A DNA stretch of 64,000 nt from Acidobacteriota bacterium (GTDB lineage: Bacteria; Acidobacteriota; Thermoanaerobaculia; Multivoradales; JAGPDF01): contig JACTMI010000012.1 of NCBI GenBank assembly GCA_014584695.1, positions 40,097 to 104,096 of the forward strand, given 5' to 3'. The position numbers and the translations under genes are program-made. Under the pieces are notes generated by a model that was given only the letters and a program-made list of their open reading frames with translations, was not told the DNA's origin and did no database searches. Of this stretch, positions 28,101 through 33,929 are shown piece by piece. Position 1 is the stretch's first letter. Each line of letters begins with the position of its first letter.

Positions 28101-28728
28101 GGAGATCGCGCTCACCGCCACCGGTGGAACCGTCACGCCCGAGCTGGCGCTCACCTCCGGCGGCATCGCGTCGGCGAGCTACACCGCGGGCGCCGCCACC
28201 GGCAGCTACGGCATCTGGGCGACGCTCGACGGACAGACCGTGGCGGCCGCCGTGGAGGTCGCGGAGGCGTTCGCCGACCTCTCGATGTCGGCCACCACGG
28301 CGCGGCGGATCCACAACGACGGCGATCCGTTCCTGCTCGAGCTGCTGGTCGTCAACGAAGGAACGTCGACGGTCTCGGGCGGGACCGTCGAGGTGACGCT
28401 GCCGGCGGAGGTCGAGCCGGCCGGCTGGACCTGCGAGGCCTCGGCCGGCGGGTCCTGCTCCCCGCAGAGCGGCGCCGCGATCACGGACGGCGCCCTCAAC
28501 CTCCCCCCGGGCGGCATGGCGCTCTATCGCCTGACGGGGACCGTGGTCTCGAGCCAGCCGGGAACGGCCTGGGTGGTGGCGACCGCGATCCTGCCGCCGG
28601 GGATGGAGGACGGGAACCCCGACAACTCGACCGCCGAGGTCGAGCTGATCCTCGGCGGTCTGTACAGTGACGATTTCGAGTCCGGCGACACGACCGAATG
28701 GGACGCGGTCGCGGCGCCGCTCCCGTGA
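25138..28728 (+). CDS. Large exported right-handed beta-helix (NosD/pectate-lyase-fold) repeat protein with Ig-like and DUF11-like domains
   Basis: The ATG at 25138 is preceded by GAAGGAGG. The signal peptide is MSLTSPASQLSRIRPALAALPILLLTFAVLATAAPVSA. Two beta-helix modules each end in NWWGCN(D/G)GPG, followed by a DUF11-like repeat (FADLSMSATT...VVNEGTSTVSGGTVEVTLP). The C-terminal tail is LYSDDFESGDTTEWDAVAAPLP. Confidence 0.8.
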   Translation: MSLTSPASQLSRIRPALAALPILLLTFAVLATAAPVSAGEPRVVRVRSVGAESFAPTTDDNDFTRLLQAFEEVATLQRLAGESVTLEIEGVFDWSEANAFESWCAGSDGEEGGADDWALTPPIMDGLRVVGVGAVDGYGAKIVGPGDLEVADQGTVLRLSGGQFHGWTIENIYVTGFEVGVRCEPDVNDPHPCTGLILRGNRIDLPADRADTVLDPSGNVGALLGSGVNQLIENNLFVLDGTGAMDSANGGRAWVDGLRFEGGDPAAFEGLVVRDNVFHILGVPHEDPQEVVAIRDVAGANASTILIEGNVVIGEAGEHTPADSIWIGVEVGSHPSEETAVSYRGNHFVGLRYGMLWSGGEDTLPAPGEPAATLVEGNRFEGNDIGLHARSSSSYHFERLTLRYNAFVGNGLAVLGEQTHVELHANWWGCNDGPGAPGCDDLQVESGERPEFDWSWLTLTASLTPGLLEVGQGASLTASLRVDSNGVDHGAIPVAQGEPVAFTSMRNSLTPAIGTLDLGLAVASFAAIEAGVDRIRVELDGAAIELMVPVTTLEGVLPVVAVAAEPATPTATDNDFTRIQEALAAAIDGLVIELAGTFDWTEPHAAAARAAGRDGLAGSDDDFAAEPAMASNVTLRGATAGATVLGGGDLEASSWDGFLRLPAAATSWTVEGLELLDFEIGILLAECDADGCGSGHVVRDNRIRVAAEHEGGDSPNVAIYAGSDDRLQVLDNEIELVVSEHAVADYGAALIGIWTFQGDEGEVVGPVIRGNAIRVTGTPAEEDPAPVYGLLEEAYRVGLAAVIENNTLSDETTGALPSAGLWITSQSAPEETYRIAGNEISGFAVGAGNWEGWQEVVEPQPIELVSNHLRGNGRAFHFTSSSQPVAYRLRFNRIAGNAVGLEAEGEVTVDAARNWWGCNGGPGAVAEGCVASGDSASGADIIAPWLTLEIAPASFELAAEATVPFAATVVRDSEGGDTSALGSLADDTEIALTATGGTVTPELALTSGGIASASYTAGAATGSYGIWATLDGQTVAAAVEVAEAFADLSMSATTARRIHNDGDPFLLELLVVNEGTSTVSGGTVEVTLPAEVEPAGWTCEASAGGSCSPQSGAAITDGALNLPPGGMALYRLTGTVVSSQPGTAWVVATAILPPGMEDGNPDNSTAEVELILGGLYSDDFESGDTTEWDAVAAPLP

Positions 28729-28757
28729 GTCGACCTCCCTCACTCCGTGGAGCCCTC

Positions 28758-28785
28758 GGGGCCCGGCGCGCGAGCGCCGGGCCCC
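28758..28785. terminator. Strong GC hairpin terminator (possibly bidirectional)
   Basis: Perfect 12-bp stem GGGGCCCGGCGC / GCGCCGGGCCCC with loop GCGA, followed by ATCTTCGTTCG. It lies 30 nt after the beta-helix gene stop and 17 nt beyond the stop of the candidate minus-strand small ORF. Confidence 0.6.
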
Positions 28786-28801
28786 ATCTTCGTTCGGGCG
28801 A

Positions 28802-28933
28802 TCAGGCCAGCCAGAGCGCGGCGACGAGGGCGGCCGCCCCCACCCACGAGGCGACCTCGAGCCAGAACCAGCCGCCGGCGGTCCAGCCCTGCCCCCACCG
28901 CGGCGCCGTCGGAAGCTGAGCCTTTCGTCCCAT
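28802..28933 (-). CDS. Candidate 43-aa Trp-rich small membrane protein (absent from the ORF track)
   Basis: My translation of the minus strand is MGRKAQLPTAPRWGQGWTAGGWFWLEVASWVGAAALVAALWLA*. It has one TM segment and high third-position GC after the first few codons. I see no clear RBS. Confidence 0.25.
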   Translation of the reverse strand: MGRKAQLPTAPRWGQGWTAGGWFWLEVASWVGAAALVAALWLA

Positions 28934-28988
28934 CGTCGCTGAAAGACGGCCGCCGGCCAGTTCTTTCCGCGGGTTGGACCGCAGGGTC

Positions 28989-29017
28989 TTGACAATCCGT
29001 TACGCCGTGCTTATAGT
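28989..29017 (+). promoter_or_regulatory. Sigma-70-type promoter TTGACA-17 nt-TATAGT for the tetR-ABC operon
   Basis: TTGACA is at 28989-28994 and TATAGT at 29012-29017, with exactly 17 nt of spacing. The promoter lies in a local AT-rich patch about 30 nt upstream of the tetR ATG. Confidence 0.65.
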
Positions 29018-29030
29018 TAACAATGTTAAC
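29016..29030. promoter_or_regulatory. 15-bp palindromic operator GTTAACA-A-TGTTAAC overlapping the -10 and transcription start
   Basis: It has perfect 7-bp arms and overlaps the TATAGT box. This position is typical of TetR autorepression. Confidence 0.55.
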
Positions 29031-29046
29031 AAAGAGACCACCGTTC

Positions 29047-29679
29047 ATGGGCATCCAGGAGCGCCGTCAGAGGGAGCGAGAGGAGCTGCGGGGCCGGATT
29101 CTCGGCGCGGCGCGGGAGCTCTTCGCCGAGCTCGGCTACGAGGCGGTGACGATGCGCAAGATCGCCGCCCGCATCGAGTACTCGCCGACCGCCATCTACT
29201 CGCACTTCGCGGACAAGAGCGACGTGCTGCACGCTTGCTGCGAAGAGGACTTCCGCGCGCTGGCGCGCAAGTTCCAGCGCATCGCCGAGATCGCCGACCC
29301 GATCGAGCGGCTGCGCCAGGCGGGTCGCGCCTACGCCGCCTTCGCCCTCGAGCACCCGAATCACTACCGGCTGATGTTCATGACCCCGCACCCCGGAAAG
29401 CTCGAGAAGCACGGCATCGAGCGGGGCAATCCCGAGGAGGACGCCTACGCCTTCCTTAGGGGCACGGTCGGCGAGGCGATCGCCGCCGGCCGGCTCCGTC
29501 CCGAGCTCGCCGACGTCGAGCTGGTCTCCCAGGTCGTCTGGGCCGGCGTCCACGGCGTCGTGTCGCTGCGCATCGCCAAGTGCGACGACGACTGGATCGA
29601 GTGGGCGGATCCGGCGGCGACCATCGAAGCGCTGCTCGACGTCCAGCTCCACGGCCTGCTGCGCCGCCCCGAGGCCTGA
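29047..29679 (+). CDS. TetR/AcrR-family transcriptional regulator
   Basis: The HTH region is RILGAARELFAELGYEAVTMRKIAARIEYSPTAIYSHF. The start was chosen at the ATG at 29047 (MGIQERRQ...) because the track start at 29023 would lie at or inside the predicted transcription start. Confidence 0.9.
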   Translation: MGIQERRQREREELRGRILGAARELFAELGYEAVTMRKIAARIEYSPTAIYSHFADKSDVLHACCEEDFRALARKFQRIAEIADPIERLRQAGRAYAAFALEHPNHYRLMFMTPHPGKLEKHGIERGNPEEDAYAFLRGTVGEAIAAGRLRPELADVELVSQVVWAGVHGVVSLRIAKCDDDWIEWADPAATIEALLDVQLHGLLRRPEA

Positions 29680-29682
29680 GGG

Positions 29683-30810
29683 ATGCCGAACCTGGCGCTC
29701 AGGAACCTGCTCCACGACCGGCTCCGCTCGGCGATGACGGTCGCCGGCGTCGCCTTCGCGGTGACCCTGGTCTTCGTCCAGATCGGCCTCTTCCTGGGCC
29801 TGCTCGACAACGCTTCGGTGACCATCGACCGGATCGACGCCGACCTCTGGGTGACCTCGCGCAACACCCCGAACGTCGACTTCGCCCACGGCTTCCCCGA
29901 GACGCTGGTGCAGCGGGTCCGTTCGGTGCCCGGCGTCGCCCGCGCCGACAACCTGCTGGTGCAGTTCCTCAACGTCGCGCTGCCCACCGGCGCCGAGGAG
30001 GGGATGCTGGTCTACGGGCTCGAGGACTTCGCGCGTTGGGGCCTGCCTTGGAAGCTCGAGTCCGGCGATCTCGAGGACCTGCGGCGCGGTGATTTCATGA
30101 TCCTCGACGCCTCCGCCGAGCGGCGCTACGGACCCTTCGCGCCGGGCGACTACCGCGAGGTCATGGGCTACCGGCTGAAGATCCTCGGCCGCAGCCTCGA
30201 GGCCCTCTCCTTCACCACCTCGCCGATCGCCTTCATCGACTACCGGCTGGTGCAGCGGCTCGCCGGTGAGCGGATGAGTGGCCGCACGACCTACATCCTG
30301 GTCCGCGCCGAGCCGGGCGCGGATCTCGCGGCGATCCGCGCCGAGATCGGGGCGCGCCTGCCCCACAACGACGTCTACACCGCGGCCGAGTGGGCGCGGC
30401 GCTCGCGCGGCTACTGGATCGCCTCGACCGGCATCGGGCTCAACATGTACATCACGGTCTTCCTCGGCTGTCTGGTCGGCGTGGTGGTGGTCGCGCAAAC
30501 GCTCTACACCTCGACCATGGAGCACCTCAAGGAGTTCGGCACGGTCAAGGCGATCGGCGGCTCGAACCTCGACATCTACCGGATCCTGGGCCTCCAGGCG
30601 CTCCTGGCCGCGGTGGTCGGCTTCGCCTTCGGCGGTGGCATCTCGGCGGCGCTCGCCCCGGCGATGGCCAGCATCGGCCTCAAGCTGATCGTCCCCACCG
30701 GGCTCACGGCGGCGGTTTTCGCCGGCACCCTGCTGCTCTGCCTCGCCGCTTCCTTCGTTTCGTTCCGCAAGGTCGCCGCGATCGACCCGGCGCTGGTCTT
30801 TCGCGCCTGA
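29683..30810 (+). CDS. ABC transporter permease, FtsX/MacB/DevC-like
   Basis: The N-terminus MPNLALRNLLHDRLRSAMTVAGVAFAVTLVF is a typical FtsX-family start. A large extracytoplasmic loop follows, then a C-terminal 3-TM FtsX domain (LKEFGTVKAIGGSNLDIYRILGLQALL). Confidence 0.85.
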   Translation: MPNLALRNLLHDRLRSAMTVAGVAFAVTLVFVQIGLFLGLLDNASVTIDRIDADLWVTSRNTPNVDFAHGFPETLVQRVRSVPGVARADNLLVQFLNVALPTGAEEGMLVYGLEDFARWGLPWKLESGDLEDLRRGDFMILDASAERRYGPFAPGDYREVMGYRLKILGRSLEALSFTTSPIAFIDYRLVQRLAGERMSGRTTYILVRAEPGADLAAIRAEIGARLPHNDVYTAAEWARRSRGYWIASTGIGLNMYITVFLGCLVGVVVVAQTLYTSTMEHLKEFGTVKAIGGSNLDIYRILGLQALLAAVVGFAFGGGISAALAPAMASIGLKLIVPTGLTAAVFAGTLLLCLAASFVSFRKVAAIDPALVFRA

Positions 30811-30836
30811 TCCTTACAGCCCCGAGGTCTCGACCG

Positions 30837-31589
30837 ATGCCCACCGCCCTACCGCTCGCGCTCGCCCCACCGTCGCCCGCGGTCGCCTCGTCGCGGCCGG
30901 TCCTGCTCGCCGAGCGGGTCACCAAGAGCTTTCGCGACGGGCGCGAGGAGGTGCCGGTCCTCTCCGGCGTCGACCTCGCGCTCGCGCCCGGCGAGATCGT
31001 CGCGCTCGAGGGTCCGTCGGGCTCGGGCAAGACCACCTTGCTGTCGATCCTCGGCTGCATCCTGACCCCGACCTCCGGACGCGTGGTGGTCGACGGCGAG
31101 GAGGTCGATCCGCGGCGCCCGGGCCGGCTGCCCGAGATCCGCAAGCGCTCGCTCGGCTTCGTCTTCCAGCAGTACAACCTCTTCCCCGCGCTCAGCGCGC
31201 GCGAGAACGTCGAGTACGCACTCCAGGTCAAGGGCCAGCGCGGCGGCCGCGCGCGCGACGCCGCGGCGCGGTCGCTCGCGGCGGTCGGCCTGACCGACCG
31301 CGCCGATTTCCTGCCGCGCGACCTGTCGGGTGGCCAGAAGCAGCGGGTCGCCATCGCGCGCGCGATTGCCGCCGAGCCGCCGGTGCTGCTCGCCGACGAG
31401 CCGACGGCGAACCTCGACACGCGCGCCGGCGCCCAGGTGCTCGACCTCTTCCGCGACCTGGTGCGCGCGCGCGGGAGCGCGCTCGTGATCGTCACCCACG
31501 ACGCCAACGTCCGTCGCATCGCCGATCGCGTGATCGGCATCCGCGATGGCCGCATCGTCGCGCCCCCCCCTGCGGAGAACCCGACATGA
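30837..31589 (+). CDS. ABC transporter ATP-binding protein
   Basis: Walker A GPSGSGKTT, Q-loop FVFQQYNL, signature LSGGQKQRVAIARA, Walker B VLLADEPT and H-loop VTHD. Confidence 0.9.
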   Translation: MPTALPLALAPPSPAVASSRPVLLAERVTKSFRDGREEVPVLSGVDLALAPGEIVALEGPSGSGKTTLLSILGCILTPTSGRVVVDGEEVDPRRPGRLPEIRKRSLGFVFQQYNLFPALSARENVEYALQVKGQRGGRARDAAARSLAAVGLTDRADFLPRDLSGGQKQRVAIARAIAAEPPVLLADEPTANLDTRAGAQVLDLFRDLVRARGSALVIVTHDANVRRIADRVIGIRDGRIVAPPPAENPT

Positions 31590-32461
31590 AGATCCCGCGC
31601 CCCGCCCTCGTCTGGCCGCTCGCCGGCTTGGCGCTGCTCACTCTCAGCGTCGCCCTCGGTCGCGCGGCCGGCGGCTCCCAGCCCCCGGCTGTGGGTGGTC
31701 GCGCGCCCGCAGCGCCCGACCGGGTCGTCGCCGAAGGCCGGCTGGTCGCCTACCCGGGGGCCGAGATCACCCTCGCGGCCGAAGTCGCGGGCACGCTGGT
31801 CGAGCTGCCGGTCGAGGAGCGGCAGCGCCTGCGCCGCGGCCAGCTCGTGGCCCGCCTCCGCGCCGACGAGATCGCGGCCGAGCTCGCCGAAGCGACGGCG
31901 CGGCTGGCCGAGGTCGAGGCCGAGATCCGCTGGGCCGCGGGCGAGCTCGCCCGCTCGGAGAACCTGCTCGCCAAGCAGGTCGACACCGAGACCCGCCGCG
32001 ACCGCGCGCGGCGGGACCTCGACGTCGCCAGCGCGCGGCGGGACACCGCGACGGCGGCGATCGAGCGGCTCGGCGCCGAGCTCGCCAAGCGTCGGCTGGT
32101 GGCTCCGATCGACGGGGTGGTCGTCGTCCGCGCGGCCGATCCGGGCGAAACGGTGGAAGCGCGGGCGCCGATCGTGACCCTGGCCGATCTCGCCCGCGTC
32201 CGCATCGAAGCCGAGGTCGACGAGTTCGACGCCGGGCGCCTGCGCCTCGGCGCGCCGGTGGTGGTCACCGCCGACGGCTACCGCGGCGAGCGCTGGACCG
32301 GCACCGTCGAGGAGATTCCCGACGCGGTCGCCGGCCGCCGCTTGAAGCCGCAGGACCCGGGCCGCCCGTCCGACACCCGCGTCCTGCTGGTCAAGGTGCG
32401 GCTCGACGCGCCGACTCCGCTCAAGCTCGGCCAGCGCGTCGAGGTCGCGATCGGGGGATAG
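31586..32461 (+). CDS. Periplasmic adaptor (HlyD/MFP family) of the efflux system
   Basis: Its ATG overlaps the ATPase stop (ATGA). It has a signal or anchor MKIPRPALVWPLAGLALL, a coiled-coil hairpin (AELAEATARLAEVEAEIRWAAGELARSENLL), and a beta-barrel motif APIDGVVVVR. Confidence 0.85.
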   Translation: MKIPRPALVWPLAGLALLTLSVALGRAAGGSQPPAVGGRAPAAPDRVVAEGRLVAYPGAEITLAAEVAGTLVELPVEERQRLRRGQLVARLRADEIAAELAEATARLAEVEAEIRWAAGELARSENLLAKQVDTETRRDRARRDLDVASARRDTATAAIERLGAELAKRRLVAPIDGVVVVRAADPGETVEARAPIVTLADLARVRIEAEVDEFDAGRLRLGAPVVVTADGYRGERWTGTVEEIPDAVAGRRLKPQDPGRPSDTRVLLVKVRLDAPTPLKLGQRVEVAIGG

Positions 32462-32509
32462 AGCGCGCCGCCGCGGCGGCGAGGCTCGTCCGAGATCTCC
32501 GCCGCCAGG

Positions 32510-33850
32510 CTAGCGGTGCCCCGTTTCGGACGCCGTCTCGCCCAGGCCGAGCTCGCGGCGCAGCACCGCGGCGAGCCAGGCGAGCTCGTCCGGGGTCCGC
32601 TCGCGCAGCAGGCCGCGCACCTCACCGCCGGCCAAGTGGAGCTCGAGCTGCAGGACGGGGCGGTTGTTGATCCGAACGCCGGTGGGGCCGACGGCGACGG
32701 CGCGCAGCCGGGAGAGGTCGAGCTCCTCCGCACGGCGCTGGCCCAGCGCCACCGACTCCCAGCGCAACTGTGGCGGCGCGACTGTCATCGTCGTCCGGCG
32801 GGTTCCGAGGCGGGCGCTGAAGTAGAGCATCGCGACGCCGATGGCGACGAAGAACAGAACGAACGGGATCGCCACGAGCGCCCCCTGGTCGTCATCGCGG
32901 CCGCCGCCGAGCGTGGCCGCGATGACCGCGACCGCGAAGGCGACGGAGATCGCGGCCCAGATCGCGCCCATGAGAAAGAGGCCGTGACTGCCGCGGAGGA
33001 GCCCCGGCGGTGGCACTTGGACGACCAGACCGCCGCCACCACGCTCGACCGTGATCGCGGTGCCGGGCGGGGGAGTCGCCGCGCGCTCGGCGTCGGCGGC
33101 GCGCTCGACCGCCGCGCGCTCGGCGGCGGCCGCCTCCGGCGTGGCCGTGGCGACGCCGGGCCGCGAAGCAGCGTCGCGCCGTTCGACCGCGGGAGCGTTG
33201 GCGAGCAGCCCGCCGCGCAGACCCGCGGCCGACGGAAACCGCTGCGCGAGGTCGCGCGCCACCGCATCGAGCTCGGCGGCTGGGTAACCGGTGGCGAGCG
33301 CCACGTGCCGGCCGCGGCCGGTCCAGGCCTCGAGGCGCGCCGGCGGCGGCGCCGCCTCGGCGTCGCGTGCGCGCGACCAGGCCTCGCCCTGGCCGGTGAG
33401 CGCGTCGACGATGCGCAGGACGACGACGTCGCCGGCGGCGAGCGATCGCGACCGGGAGAGGCCACCCACCCGCTCGCTGCCGGTGATCCGCCCGCGGGCG
33501 AGCCGGATCTCGCTGTGGCCGGCCAGGACGAAGAGCCCGAACCGGGCGATGCGCAGCGCCACCAGGAGCGCGAGCAGCCCGATCAGCACCGCCCCCGCGA
33601 GGACGATCGCTTCGAGCGGCACGCCGGACGAGGAGCTTTCCGGCGCGGCCTCGGCAGGCAGGGTGCTCGGCAGGAACCGGTCGGCGAAAGAAGCGACCTG
33701 TGAGATCACCGTGATCGCCAAGCCGAGCCCGACCGCGATCGGGATCCAGCCGAAGTGGCGGACGGCGCCGAGCTCGCGTGGCGCGAACAGGTAGCGTGCG
33801 CCCTCGGCCTCGGGCAGCACCTGGACTCTCGCCGTCAGGTACGCAGCCAT
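32510..33850 (-). CDS. Hypothetical membrane protein with an internal duplication (2 TM plus a soluble beta-rich module, twice)
   Basis: 446 aa with two TM hairpins: IPIAVGLGLAITVISQVA / AIVLAGAVLIGLLALLVALRI, and LFLMGAIWAAISVAFAVAVIAA / LVAIPFVLFFVAIGVAMLYF. Each hairpin is followed by a ~100-aa module ending in an (AA/PD)EL(D/A)xxAxxLxxxF/L helix. The layout resembles bacterial PH (YdbS/YdbT-like) topology; this is an inference. Confidence 0.55.
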   Translation of the reverse strand: MAAYLTARVQVLPEAEGARYLFAPRELGAVRHFGWIPIAVGLGLAITVISQVASFADRFLPSTLPAEAAPESSSSGVPLEAIVLAGAVLIGLLALLVALRIARFGLFVLAGHSEIRLARGRITGSERVGGLSRSRSLAAGDVVVLRIVDALTGQGEAWSRARDAEAAPPPARLEAWTGRGRHVALATGYPAAELDAVARDLAQRFPSAAGLRGGLLANAPAVERRDAASRPGVATATPEAAAAERAAVERAADAERAATPPPGTAITVERGGGGLVVQVPPPGLLRGSHGLFLMGAIWAAISVAFAVAVIAATLGGGRDDDQGALVAIPFVLFFVAIGVAMLYFSARLGTRRTTMTVAPPQLRWESVALGQRRAEELDLSRLRAVAVGPTGVRINNRPVLQLELHLAGGEVRGLLRERTPDELAWLAAVLRRELGLGETASETGHR

Positions 33851-33929
33851 CCTCGGAACGCTCCGACGCGAGGATAGCGCGCTCGCCGGAGCGCACCGTC
33901 ACCGCGGGCCACCGACGTGGGCGGCGAGC

